DNA from: an uncultured Gammaproteobacteria bacterium
GTDB lineage: Bacteria; Patescibacteriota; Patescibacteriia; Patescibacteriales; Patescibacteriaceae
Direction: 5' to 3'
Assembly (NCBI GenBank): GCA_964643015.1
Contig: CAZXQE010000001.1
Coordinates: forward strand, 1 to 25,187
Length of the DNA stretch: 25,187 nt
The translations under genes were made by a program, and so were the position numbers. The notes under the pieces were generated by a model that saw only the letters and a list, made by a program, of their open reading frames with translations, was not told the origin of the DNA and did no database searches. This document shows, piece after piece, positions 7,268 through 16,717 of the stretch; the stretch's first letter is position 1; each line of letters begins with the position of its first letter.

Positions 7268-7315
7268 ATTATAGCAATTTTTAACGCTTGCGGAAAGATA
7301 ACAATGTGGTAAACT
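7268..7315. promoter_or_regulatory. Divergent promoters for smr (-) and the deaminase operon (+)
   Basis: Minus strand: TGc-TATAAT, -10 at 7273-7268. Plus strand: TTGCGG (7288-7293), 16-nt spacer, TGg-TAAACT (-10 at 7310-7315). Confidence 0.45.
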
Positions 7316-7344
7316 ATCTATATAAGCTAGTTAAAATCAAGTTT

Positions 7345-7869
7345 ATGCCTAGTCGCCCATCAAAGGATGAGTATTATATGAACATTGCTAAAGAAGTCGC
7401 TGGTCGATCAACTTGTTATCGAGCTAAGCACGGGGCAATTATTGTCAGAAATGATCAGATTATTGCTACTGGTTATCTTGGTTCGCCTCGCAAAACCAAA
7501 GATTGCTGGGAAAGAGGTAATTGTTTGCGTTCAGAAATGAACATTCCTAGTGGCCAACGTTATGAGCTTTGTCGTAGTGTTCATGCTGAGCAAAATGCTA
7601 TTATCAATGCTGCTCGAGCCGGCATTAGTGTCTTGGGAGCAACAATGTATTTATATTCAACCGTCATTCGTGATGAGGTCGAAAAGCCACAAGATGCCTA
7701 CCCCTGCTTTATTTGTAAAAAAATGATCATTAATGCTGGTATTGAAAAATTAGTCGGTCGACAAGCCGATGAAAGTTTGAAAGTTTATGAGGTTGGTGAT
7801 TGGGTTGAAGATTGGCAAGAACATGATCTTTTAGACGACCGCCAACAGTATGGCGTTGTCAGTAAATAA
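7345..7869 (+). CDS. dCMP deaminase (ComEB/deoxycytidylate deaminase family)
   Basis: Probable ATG at 7345 (MPSRPSKDEYYM). Zn motifs HAEQNAI and PCFIC; N-terminal RSTC. Confidence 0.92.
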   Translation: MPSRPSKDEYYMNIAKEVAGRSTCYRAKHGAIIVRNDQIIATGYLGSPRKTKDCWERGNCLRSEMNIPSGQRYELCRSVHAEQNAIINAARAGISVLGATMYLYSTVIRDEVEKPQDAYPCFICKKMIINAGIEKLVGRQADESLKVYEVGDWVEDWQEHDLLDDRQQYGVVSK

Positions 7870-7893
7870 TATTTAATAGTTGAATTTAAAGTT

Positions 7894-8463
7894 ATGGACA
7901 AAATTATCATCGGTTTAACCGGTCAATTGGCGGCAGGAAAGACAACCGTCGCTAAATATTTAGCAGAAAGATACCAGGGTGAGGTTTATGGATTTTCTAA
8001 GCCATTGCGTGATGTGGCTGACAGAATGACCCTGTCACAGACTAGAGAGAATATGGCCAATTTATCATCAATTTTACGTGGTCAATTTGGTCAAGATATT
8101 ATTTTACGAGCGATTTTAAGAGATATTGAAAATGAACCATGTCCTTTTATACTCCTAGAGGGTATGCGTCGTTATGGTGATTTTTTAACTTTTAAAGAGT
8201 TTCCTAATTTTAAATTGGTAGCCGTTATCGCTGAACAAAATTTACGTTATGAACGTTTAACTAAGCGTAATCAAAATGTTGATGATGCTGGTAAAACTTT
8301 AGAGCAGTTTAAGATTGATGAACAAGGCGAAGCCGAACAAGATATTCCCAAGGCCATTGCTCAAGCTGATTTCACAATAGACAATAATGGTGATTTGGAG
8401 ACTTTGTATGAACAGGCTGAAAATATTTATCAACAAATTAAAAAAGATTTAAAAATAAATTAA
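7894..8463 (+). CDS. P-loop nucleotide-monophosphate kinase-like protein (dephospho-CoA kinase/AAA_18-like)
   Basis: Walker A GLTGQLAAGKT, EGMRR, RYERLTKR lid and ADFTIDNNG. The substrate cannot be assigned from sequence. Confidence 0.75.
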   Translation: MDKIIIGLTGQLAAGKTTVAKYLAERYQGEVYGFSKPLRDVADRMTLSQTRENMANLSSILRGQFGQDIILRAILRDIENEPCPFILLEGMRRYGDFLTFKEFPNFKLVAVIAEQNLRYERLTKRNQNVDDAGKTLEQFKIDEQGEAEQDIPKAIAQADFTIDNNGDLETLYEQAENIYQQIKKDLKIN

Positions 8464-8468
8464 TTTCT

Positions 8469-9053
8469 ATGACTGGCAAATTAATTGTTCTCTACGGTAT
8501 TAATAATATTGGTAAAAGTACTCAAGCTAAATTATTAGTGGAGAAATTAAAACAATTTGGTAAAAATGCCAGCTATATTAAATACCCTATTTACGATTTA
8601 GGTCCTAGTGGAACTTTGATTAATGAATATTTAAGACAAGGTAATCCTTGGCAACTGTCGGCTCGCGAAGCACAGATTTTATACTCTTTAAATCGTTATC
8701 AGTATCAAGCAGAATTAAATCAGCGCCTAAATAATGGTGAATGGATTGTAGCTGAAGACTATACCGGCACTGGTATGGCTTGGGGTTCTGGGGCTGGTGT
8801 TGATTTAGATTTTTTAGAAAAAGTTAATCAGGGTCTTCGGGAACCAGATTTAATCTTATGGTTAGATGGTCAGAGATTTACTAGTGGTATTGAAAGTGGC
8901 CATAAACATGAAAATGATGATGAGTTAATTAATAAGGTTAGACAGTGTCATCAATTTTTAGCCAATAAATACAATTGGCTCAAGTTTGAGGCCAATCAAG
9001 CAATTGATGATTTAAATAATCAATTATGGCAAGAAGTCGCTAAAATTTTATAA
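8469..9053 (+). CDS. tmk: Thymidylate kinase
   Basis: Walker A YGINNIGKSTQ, LYSLNRY, EDYTGTGMAWG (a variant of DRY) and PDLILWLD. Confidence 0.85.
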   Translation: MTGKLIVLYGINNIGKSTQAKLLVEKLKQFGKNASYIKYPIYDLGPSGTLINEYLRQGNPWQLSAREAQILYSLNRYQYQAELNQRLNNGEWIVAEDYTGTGMAWGSGAGVDLDFLEKVNQGLREPDLILWLDGQRFTSGIESGHKHENDDELINKVRQCHQFLANKYNWLKFEANQAIDDLNNQLWQEVAKIL

Positions 9054-9057
9054 AATT

Positions 9058-10548
9058 ATGCAACAGTCACTAATTCCAATAATTGGTTTAGAAATTCACA
9101 TTGAGCTTAAGACTAAAAGCAAGATGTTTTGTGCTTGCAGTAATCAAGCTGAAGGAGTTATTCCTAACACTTTAACTTGTCCGATTTGTTTGGGGCATCC
9201 AGGAACATTGCCTCAAGTCAATGGACAAGCGATTGAATTTGCTTTGCGTCTAGCTAAAGCTCTTGATTTTAAAGTTAATACTACCTGCGGTTTTGCTCGC
9301 AAAAATTATTTTTATCCAGATCTTCCCAAGGGGTATCAAATAACTCAATCAAATACGCCTATAGGGTATGATGGAAAATTAAATATTGACGGGCAATTAG
9401 TTAAAATAACCAGAATTCATCTAGAGGAAGATACTGGCAAGATTGCGCGAAATGATAAAGGTGAAGTGACAGTTGATTACAATCGAGCTGGCACTCCCCT
9501 AATCGAAATGGTGACTTATCCAGTAATTAATTCAGCTACTGAAGCTAGTCGTTTTGGTCAGGAATTACAAAAAATTCTTCGCTACCTGGATATTTCTGAC
9601 GCTAATATGGAAAAAGGCGAAATGCGCTGTGAGGCTAATATTAGTGTGCAAATTGAAGACAGTTTTGAATTCTTTGGACCAGGCCTCAAAGCTAAGGATG
9701 GTTTTACTCTAAATAACAAGGTTGAGGTTAAAAATTTGAATTCATTTAAGGCTTTAGAGAGAGCCATTAATTATGAGATTGAACGACAGAGTCACATGAT
9801 TGAAAATGGCGAAACTGTTTTAGCGGAAACTCGTGGCTGGGATGAGAAAAAAAATGAAACCAAAGCTCAACGGCGTAAAGAAACCATGGCTGACTATCGT
9901 TATTTTGATGAACCAGACTTGCCGAAATTAAATATTAGTAATGATTGGCTAGCTAAAGTAGAAAAAGATGTTGCGGCCATCGAGTTACCACAGACCAAGG
10001 CTGAGCGTTGGCAAAAAGAAACTCATTGGACTAAAGAACAAGCTGACTTACTTAATACTTTTCCAGCTAGTGCTAAGTATGCTGATGATTTAATTGAACT
10101 CATTAATCATAATTGGCCAAACCAGAAAGATGAGATATTAAAAACGGCAGTTAATTGGTTAACCAATGAGGTTTTGAAATATGGTTCTTTAAGTGAATTG
10201 GATAAAAATAAAGTAACAATTTCTAATTTAGCAGAGCTTAGCCTAGCTATTGTTAGTAATGAAATAACCTCAACTAATGGTCAGGTTGTTTTAGCTGAAA
10301 TTGTTAAAGATAATAGCCGCAGTGTCGCTGAAATTATTAAGGAATTAGATCTTGGCCAAATTGATGATCGTGAACAGCTAATTAAATTGGCTCAGGAAAT
10401 TATTACTGAATTTCCAGAGCAAGCTACTGGCTATCGTAATGGTAAGACTCCACTGCTACAGTTTTTTATTGGGCAGTTAATGCGTCGTAGTTCTGGTAAA
10501 GCTAATCCGCAAAGTGCTAAAGAAATATTAGAAAAAGAACTGGCTTAA
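9058..10548 (+). CDS. gatB: Asp-tRNA(Asn)/Glu-tRNA(Gln) amidotransferase subunit B
   Basis: Motifs IGLEIHIEL, RKNYFYPDLPKGYQITQ, HLEED, DYNRAGTPLIE, VEVKNLNS and DYRYFDEPDL. Confidence 0.97.
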   Translation: MQQSLIPIIGLEIHIELKTKSKMFCACSNQAEGVIPNTLTCPICLGHPGTLPQVNGQAIEFALRLAKALDFKVNTTCGFARKNYFYPDLPKGYQITQSNTPIGYDGKLNIDGQLVKITRIHLEEDTGKIARNDKGEVTVDYNRAGTPLIEMVTYPVINSATEASRFGQELQKILRYLDISDANMEKGEMRCEANISVQIEDSFEFFGPGLKAKDGFTLNNKVEVKNLNSFKALERAINYEIERQSHMIENGETVLAETRGWDEKKNETKAQRRKETMADYRYFDEPDLPKLNISNDWLAKVEKDVAAIELPQTKAERWQKETHWTKEQADLLNTFPASAKYADDLIELINHNWPNQKDEILKTAVNWLTNEVLKYGSLSELDKNKVTISNLAELSLAIVSNEITSTNGQVVLAEIVKDNSRSVAEIIKELDLGQIDDREQLIKLAQEIITEFPEQATGYRNGKTPLLQFFIGQLMRRSSGKANPQSAKEILEKELA

Positions 10549-10563
10549 TCGGCCAGTTCTTTT
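10533..10563. terminator. Bidirectional terminator-like hairpin built from the gatB and miaA coding ends
   Basis: AAAAGAACTGGC-TTAATCG-GCCAGTTCTTTT, a 12-bp perfect stem; both TAA stops lie in the loop. Confidence 0.7.
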
Positions 10564-11483
10564 ATTATTTGCTTTGCTTCATCCAAAGCTGATTCTGGAT
10601 TGAGCCAATAAATTTTTCTCCCCTGTTTTTCCCAGCGTCTAAACCAAGTTTTTTGTCTTTTAGCAAATTGCCGAGAAGCAATATGGAGTTGATCAATCAT
10701 TTGGTCGTAATCAATTTTTTCTTGTAGATAATAGCTGATATAACGGTATTCTAGGCCGAAAGATTCTAATCTTTTCCAGCTTAAGCCATTATCATGAAGA
10801 TTTTTGACCTCAGTAACCATATCTTCCTCCTCTAGCCTTTTCATTAATCTAATGAAAATTCTTTTTTCTAATACCTCCATGGGGTAATCAAGACCAAAAA
10901 TTAACCAAGTACAGTCATTATCAACTAGTGATTGTTGTGGTTTTTCTTGGCTTATTTTATTGGAGGCTATTTCAAGATAACGCAATAATCTTCGAGGATT
11001 ATTGCGATCGCTATTGTTTAATTTTTCAGCTAGCGCTAAATTCTTTTGTGATAGTTCTTGGTATAGTTCAGTGGCACTTAATTTTTCAAACTTTTGACGA
11101 AACTCTAAATCAGGCTTAACAGCGGCTAAGCGATAATTATCGATTAAAGCTTGAAGATAAAGGCCACTACCACCAGCGACAATTGGTAATTTGTGGCGTT
11201 TTAAAATATCAGCAAGAGATAGGCGGGCTTGTTTTTGATAATTAGCTAAATCAAAATTGGTTTGTGGGTCAGCGACGTCAATTAAATGATAAGGGATTGG
11301 TCGACCATTATTCTGATAGTCAATTAAATCTTTACCAGTGCCAATGTCCATGCCCAGGTAAACTTGGCGACTATCAGCACTAATGATTTCTCCATTAAAT
11401 AAATCAGCCAAAGCAATAGCTAATTTGGTTTTACCGGCAGCGGTTGGACCAATAACGGCAATGGCTAATTTTTTTTGAGTCAT
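10545..11483 (-). CDS. miaA: tRNA dimethylallyltransferase
   Basis: Motifs GPTAAGKT, ADSRQVYLGMDIGTGK, GGSGLYL and RQFAKRQKTWFR. Confidence 0.97.
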   Translation of the reverse strand: MTQKKLAIAVIGPTAAGKTKLAIALADLFNGEIISADSRQVYLGMDIGTGKDLIDYQNNGRPIPYHLIDVADPQTNFDLANYQKQARLSLADILKRHKLPIVAGGSGLYLQALIDNYRLAAVKPDLEFRQKFEKLSATELYQELSQKNLALAEKLNNSDRNNPRRLLRYLEIASNKISQEKPQQSLVDNDCTWLIFGLDYPMEVLEKRIFIRLMKRLEEEDMVTEVKNLHDNGLSWKRLESFGLEYRYISYYLQEKIDYDQMIDQLHIASRQFAKRQKTWFRRWEKQGRKIYWLNPESALDEAKQIIKELAD

Positions 11484-11486
11484 AAA

Positions 11487-12764
11487 TTAGAGTAATTGAC
11501 CAGCTAAACTAAAATTACGAGCTCCAGTCACAGTAGCTAAATAGCGCTGGCCGAGTGAGTATTTTTTATCATCAGGGCTGGTTAAGAGAATTTGCTGATT
11601 GTGATTAGTTCGACCAAAATAGTGGACACCTCTTTTTTCTTCTAGTAAAACTTCAACCGTTTGATCAATTTGTTTTTTTCTATTTTCACTAGCGCCTTGT
11701 TTTAATATTTTATCTAAGGTTAATTCACGTTGTTTTTTTTCTTCGGTAGTCACGTCGTCAACTAATTTAGCAGCAGCTGTCCCTGGTCTAGTGCTAAATT
11801 GAGCAATATAGATTTGATCAAAATTAACCTGTCTAACCAAATCGCAAGTTTCTTGAAAATCTTGATTGGTTTCACCAGGAAAACCAACAATAATATCAGT
11901 TGTTAAACTAATATCAGGACAAGCAAGGCGAATCTTGGTTACTAAATCCAGGTAGTGTTCACGGGTATAGTTGCGATTCATGGCCTTTAAAATGCGATTA
12001 CTGCCAGCTTGGACCGGAAGATGAAGATATTTAATTAAATTATGGCTAGAGCCCAAAAAATTAATTAATTTATCACTCATATCTTTGGGGTGGCTAGTGG
12101 TAAAACTAAGCCAGTAATCACCTAATTGATCTAATTGAAATAAGAGATCGGCAAAATCTAGATTTTTTTCTGAGTCAAAGTAGCTGTTAACATTTTGAGC
12201 AATAACTTTTATTTCTTGATAGCCTTGATTGAGTAATTCCTTAACTTCAGTAATTATTTCTGAAGCTGGACGATATTTTTCTCGACCACGAGCATAAGGC
12301 ACAACACAGTAGCTGCAAAAATTATCACAACCATTACCAATTGGTACTAGAGCGCTGATTTTTGATTGATGAATCGGATTTATTTTTAGGTAATCCTCTA
12401 AATGAGCTAAGCTGCCAGCTGGTAACTGCGGGCTAGGTATAATCTCTTCTAGCTTTGTCAATTGGTTGATGTCAAACCAATATTCAACTTGCTCGCCAAT
12501 CTTTTCTTTAACATCATTACGGTAAGCAAGACAGCCAGTTAAAGCAATGGCTGATTGCGGATTTTCTTTTTTTATTTGCTTAATTAGTCCATAGATGCGA
12601 TCTTCAGCTCCTTGACGAACACCGCAAGTGACTAAAATATTTAGATTAGCCTCAGCTCGAACTGGAGTTGCTTGCCAGCCTAAAGATTGAAGTCGGCTGG
12701 CTAGACGCTGACTATCGCTAATGTTCATTTGGCAGCCAATAACCGTAATATAATATTTAGGCAT
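11487..12764 (-). CDS. miaB: tRNA-i6A37 methylthiotransferase (radical SAM)
   Basis: GCQMNISDS, CxxxCxxC (CDNFCSYC), TTSHPKD, DIIVGFPGET and a C-terminal TRAM domain. The GCQMN motif and the adjacent miaA favour MiaB over MtaB or RimO. Confidence 0.9.
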   Translation of the reverse strand: MPKYYITVIGCQMNISDSQRLASRLQSLGWQATPVRAEANLNILVTCGVRQGAEDRIYGLIKQIKKENPQSAIALTGCLAYRNDVKEKIGEQVEYWFDINQLTKLEEIIPSPQLPAGSLAHLEDYLKINPIHQSKISALVPIGNGCDNFCSYCVVPYARGREKYRPASEIITEVKELLNQGYQEIKVIAQNVNSYFDSEKNLDFADLLFQLDQLGDYWLSFTTSHPKDMSDKLINFLGSSHNLIKYLHLPVQAGSNRILKAMNRNYTREHYLDLVTKIRLACPDISLTTDIIVGFPGETNQDFQETCDLVRQVNFDQIYIAQFSTRPGTAAAKLVDDVTTEEKKQRELTLDKILKQGASENRKKQIDQTVEVLLEEKRGVHYFGRTNHNQQILLTSPDDKKYSLGQRYLATVTGARNFSLAGQLL

Positions 12765-12767
12765 ATT

Positions 12768-13856
12768 CTAGCTTAGAAGTTCTAGGGCTTTCTTTTGTTC
12801 TTTAGTTAAGTTGGTTGGAGTAATAACTTTGGCTTCAACAAAATGATCGCCACGACCATAGCTATGTAGTCGCGGGACACCTTTGCCGCGTAGTAAAATT
12901 TCTTGTCCGCTTTGTGTGCCAGCTGGAACTTTAAGCGTAACAGGACCATCAACTGTTTCAATTGTTATTTTATCGCCTAAAGCTGCCTGGCGAAAAGTTA
13001 ACGGTAAGACGGAGTAAATGTTGCTACCATCTCTTTTAAGGGTTGGGTGAGGCTGAATGCGAATGTTAACATATAAATCACCAGGCGTACTTCCTCTAAG
13101 ACCAGCTTCACCTTGGCCAGTAAATTTTATGGTTTGACCATTAGAGACCCCGGCGGGTATTTTAACAACTAATGGTTCTTTTTTAAGGCTTCTCCCCTGA
13201 CCACGACATTCTTTGCAAGGTTGTTCAATTATTTTGCCAGTGCCACTACATTTAGGGCAAGCAGCTTGAGTACGAATGTTACCAAGCATTGTTCTTTGGA
13301 TTTGATCAACAAAACCTCGACCCTGACAATCGGGACAGGTTTTACTTTGACTACCGGGCTCAGCTCCACTGCCCTGGCAATGTTTGCAGGTGGTTTGCTT
13401 TTCAAGGTTAATGGTTTCTTCACCGCCAAAAACTGCTTTAAGAAAATCAAGTTTAATGGCAATTTCTAGATCGCGACCACGTTGGCTGTTTTGCTTTTTA
13501 CCTTGACTATGACCAAAGCCAAATAAATCACCAAACATATCGCCAAGATCACCAAAATTCATTTCAAAGCCGCCATTTTGGCCACCTTGATAAAATTGGC
13601 TAAAATCAAAACCACCCATATCGCCAAAACCGGCAGAACCACCTTGAAAGGCGGAACTGCCGAAGCGATCATATTTAGCTCGTTTATCTTTGTCGCCTAG
13701 AACCTGGTAAGCTTCATTAATTTCTTTGAATTTAGCTTCATCACCGCTGCTTTTATCAGGATGGTGTTGATGGGCTAATTTGCGGAAAGCTTTTTTAATG
13801 TCTTCGGGGCTGGCGTTTTTATCGACTCCGAGTATTTGATAATAATCTTTGGCCAT
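12768..13856 (-). CDS. dnaJ: Chaperone DnaJ
   Basis: J-domain HPD, a G/F-rich linker and four CxxCxGxG motifs. Confidence 0.98.
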   Translation of the reverse strand: MAKDYYQILGVDKNASPEDIKKAFRKLAHQHHPDKSSGDEAKFKEINEAYQVLGDKDKRAKYDRFGSSAFQGGSAGFGDMGGFDFSQFYQGGQNGGFEMNFGDLGDMFGDLFGFGHSQGKKQNSQRGRDLEIAIKLDFLKAVFGGEETINLEKQTTCKHCQGSGAEPGSQSKTCPDCQGRGFVDQIQRTMLGNIRTQAACPKCSGTGKIIEQPCKECRGQGRSLKKEPLVVKIPAGVSNGQTIKFTGQGEAGLRGSTPGDLYVNIRIQPHPTLKRDGSNIYSVLPLTFRQAALGDKITIETVDGPVTLKVPAGTQSGQEILLRGKGVPRLHSYGRGDHFVEAKVITPTNLTKEQKKALELLS

Positions 13857-13866
13857 TGAGCTTTAA

Positions 13867-15768
13867 TTATTTTTTATCTTCTTCAATTTCTCCCTCAACT
13901 GGACCATTGCTGGTATTGGTTTGATCATCACTGGTGGTATTGTTGGTTTCAGCACCTGGATTGGCAGCTTGTTCTTGATACATGGCTGCACCAATAGTTT
14001 GGGCTAGTTGATTGATTTCTTCCATTTGTTTCTTAAGAGTTTCACTATCACCGCTTTCTTTAGTCTTTTTAAGCTCGGCTAGTTTAGTTTCAAGATTGGT
14101 TTTATCTTCTGGTTTAATTTTTTCACCAGATTCTTTTAATAATTTTTCTAATTGGAAAATAACACTATCAGCTTGATTTTTTAATTCAGCTGTTTCTTTC
14201 TTCTTTTTATCTTCTTCGGCATTTTTCTCAGCTTCTTGGCGTAGTTTTTCAATTTCTTCTTTGCTCAAACCAGAAGAAGCCGTAATGGTTATTTTTTGCT
14301 CTTTATTTGATGCCTTATCAGTGGCTTTAACATTTAAAATACCGTTAGCATCAATATCAAATGAAACTTCAACTTGAGGTACGCCGCGTGGTGCTGGTGG
14401 AATACCATCTAAAATAAAGCGGCCCAGAGATTTATTATCGGCAGCCATTGGTCTTTCACCCTGAACAATATGAATTTCAACGCTAGTTTGTCCATCGGCA
14501 GCAGTTGAAAAAACCTGGCTTTTGGAGGTTGGGATGGTTGTGTTGCGTTCAATCAAAGGAGTGGCAACACCACCTAGGGTTTCAATACCTAAGGTTAGTG
14601 GGGTAACGTCGAGTAGCAAAACGTCTTTAACATCACCCTGTAAAACGCCAGCTTGAACAGCGGCACCAAGAGCTACAACTTCGTCAGGATTAACGCTTAA
14701 ATTTGGTTCTTTACCAAAAAATTCTTTAACTTTGGCTTGAACCATTGGCATACGAGTCATGCCACCAACCATAATAACTTCGTCAATATCATTAAGGCTA
14801 AAGCCAGCATCAGCTAGAGCTTTTTTACAAGGCTCAATGGTGTTGGCAACTAGATCACTAACCAAGTTTTCTAATTGAGCTCGAGTCATTTTCATGACCA
14901 AGTGTTTGGGGCCATTAGCGTCAGTTGTAATAAAAGGTTGATTAATTTCGGTTTCGTTTAGAGTTGATAATTCAATTTTAGCTTTTTCAGCAGCTTCTTT
15001 AATGCGTTGTAGGGCTAGGGTGTCTTTGGATAGGTCAATCCCCTGGTCTTTTTTGAATTCATCAATAATCCAACTAATAATTCTTTGATCAAAATCTTCA
15101 CCACCTAAGTGAGTGTCGCCATTGGTAGCTTTAACTTCAACAGTATCTTCGGAAATATCCAAGATAGAAATATCAAAAGTACCACCACCTAAATCATAGA
15201 CAGCAATCTGTTGACCTTTCTTTTTATCGAAACCATAAGCCAAAGCAGCAGCCGTTGGCTCATTGATAATACGCTTAACCTCTAATCCAGCAATTTTACC
15301 AGCATCTTTAGTAGCTTGGCGTTGAGAATCGTCAAAATAAGCCGGAACGGTAATAATCGCTTCGGTGACTGGTTCACCTAAACGAGCTTCAGCATCGGCC
15401 TTAATTTTGGCTAAAATCATGGCTGAAACTTCTTGAGGAGTATAATCCTTGTCTTGTATTTTAACTTTTACCCCTTCACCAGCTTGGGTAATGGTGTAAG
15501 GAGAATTTTTTAAATCGCGTTGCACTTCTTCGTCTTGAAAACGACGACCGATCAATCTTTTGACAGCATAAATAGTATTTTCAGGATTAGTGACAGCTTG
15601 ACGACGAGCGGCTTGACCGATAAGGCGTTCGCCATTTTTAGAAACAGCAACAACTGAGGGAGTGGTTCTGTTACCTTCAGCATTTTCTAAGATTTTAGGC
15701 TGACCAGCTTCCATGACAGCGATAGCGCTGTTGGTGGTACCTAAGTCAATTCCAATAATTTTACTCAT
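13867..15768 (-). CDS. dnaK: Chaperone DnaK
   Basis: Motifs [23 protein letters not shown] and NPDEVVA. Confidence 0.99.
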   Translation of the reverse strand: MSKIIGIDLGTTNSAIAVMEAGQPKILENAEGNRTTPSVVAVSKNGERLIGQAARRQAVTNPENTIYAVKRLIGRRFQDEEVQRDLKNSPYTITQAGEGVKVKIQDKDYTPQEVSAMILAKIKADAEARLGEPVTEAIITVPAYFDDSQRQATKDAGKIAGLEVKRIINEPTAAALAYGFDKKKGQQIAVYDLGGGTFDISILDISEDTVEVKATNGDTHLGGEDFDQRIISWIIDEFKKDQGIDLSKDTLALQRIKEAAEKAKIELSTLNETEINQPFITTDANGPKHLVMKMTRAQLENLVSDLVANTIEPCKKALADAGFSLNDIDEVIMVGGMTRMPMVQAKVKEFFGKEPNLSVNPDEVVALGAAVQAGVLQGDVKDVLLLDVTPLTLGIETLGGVATPLIERNTTIPTSKSQVFSTAADGQTSVEIHIVQGERPMAADNKSLGRFILDGIPPAPRGVPQVEVSFDIDANGILNVKATDKASNKEQKITITASSGLSKEEIEKLRQEAEKNAEEDKKKKETAELKNQADSVIFQLEKLLKESGEKIKPEDKTNLETKLAELKKTKESGDSETLKKQMEEINQLAQTIGAAMYQEQAANPGAETNNTTSDDQTNTSNGPVEGEIEEDKK

Positions 15769-15792
15769 ATTCAGTAGTTATAATTTTTTAAA

Positions 15793-16230
15793 TTATTTTT
15801 TATTTTTAGTAGCAATTTTAATAGTTTTAGGTTTGGTTTCTGGGGTTTTAGGAATCATAATTTTTAAAACCCCATCTTCAGCAATTGCTTCAGCTCTGTC
15901 GCCTTGAACGTGAGCTGGTAATTGAATGCTGCGGTAAAAACTGCCGCGACGAATTTCTTTACGATAGTAGTTTTTTTCATCAACCTCGCTATGTTTTTCA
16001 CCTTCACCTTTAATGCAAATGGTGTCATTTTCAATTGAAATCTGAACGTTTTCTGGTTGAATGCCAGCTAGTTGAGTTTCAATGATGACATTGTCTTTGT
16101 CTTCGTACATATCAATAGCTGGTACGAAGTTATGTTGATCGGCACGAAGAGCTGGTAAGAAGTCGTTAAAAACTTTTTCAGCTTCTTCAATGCTGTCAAA
16201 GAATGGATTCCATTTTACTAGTCCTCTCAT
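15793..16230 (-). CDS. Small heat shock protein, Hsp20/alpha-crystallin family
   Basis: Motifs PAIDMYEDKD, EIRRGSFYRSIQLP and DGVLKIMIPK. Confidence 0.95.
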   Translation of the reverse strand: MRGLVKWNPFFDSIEEAEKVFNDFLPALRADQHNFVPAIDMYEDKDNVIIETQLAGIQPENVQISIENDTICIKGEGEKHSEVDEKNYYRKEIRRGSFYRSIQLPAHVQGDRAEAIAEDGVLKIMIPKTPETKPKTIKIATKNKK

Positions 16231-16243
16231 ATAGTTTAATTAA

Positions 16244-16717
16244 TTATTTAGTATCTTTATATTGATAAACTTTGACTCGAGCTGGGGTAATAATTTTGTC
16301 AGCCAATTGATATCCTGGTTTGATTTCTTCAGCCACAGTGTTGTCTAATTTTTCATTGTTGGTTTCGATTATTTCAGCAGCATCCATGGTGGCATGATTG
16401 AAAATTTGACCAAGGGTTTTAATTTCAACTATTCCCTGTTGGTTTAAGAAATTTTCAAATTGCTTAATGATATAATTAACGCCTTCAAGCCAGCTAGCCG
16501 TATTTTCTGGATTAAAATGACGGCAAGACAGTTTGAGGTTGTCAAAAACTGGTAAGATCTCTAATAGTAATTGTTCATTAGCGTATTGGACATAATGAGC
16601 TTTGTCTTTTTGATGTTGTTTAACTAGATTTTGTTGATCCGCTAGGGCTCGGTGGTATTTATCAGTTAATTCTTGAAGCAAGATTTTACTGTTTTTCTTG
16701 GATGACTCGGTGGACAT
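16244..16717 (-). CDS. grpE: Nucleotide exchange factor GrpE
   Basis: Motifs RALADQQN, ILPVFDNL and KPGYQLADKIITPARVKV. It overlaps the hrcA 3' end by 32 nt. Confidence 0.93.
   Translation of the reverse strand: MSTESSKKNSKILLQELTDKYHRALADQQNLVKQHQKDKAHYVQYANEQLLLEILPVFDNLKLSCRHFNPENTASWLEGVNYIIKQFENFLNQQGIVEIKTLGQIFNHATMDAAEIIETNNEKLDNTVAEEIKPGYQLADKIITPARVKVYQYKDTK

Noticed and set aside
7345-8463. Calling the deaminase-kinase pair an active antiphage system
   Set aside because: It is co-transcribed with tmk and gatB in a core region, with no room for an AvcI-like RNA. A housekeeping role is more parsimonious.
11487-12764. MtaB or RimO identity, or this radical SAM as the AmmeMemoRadiSam partner
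   Set aside because: The GCQMN and TSHP motifs and the adjacent miaA indicate MiaB.
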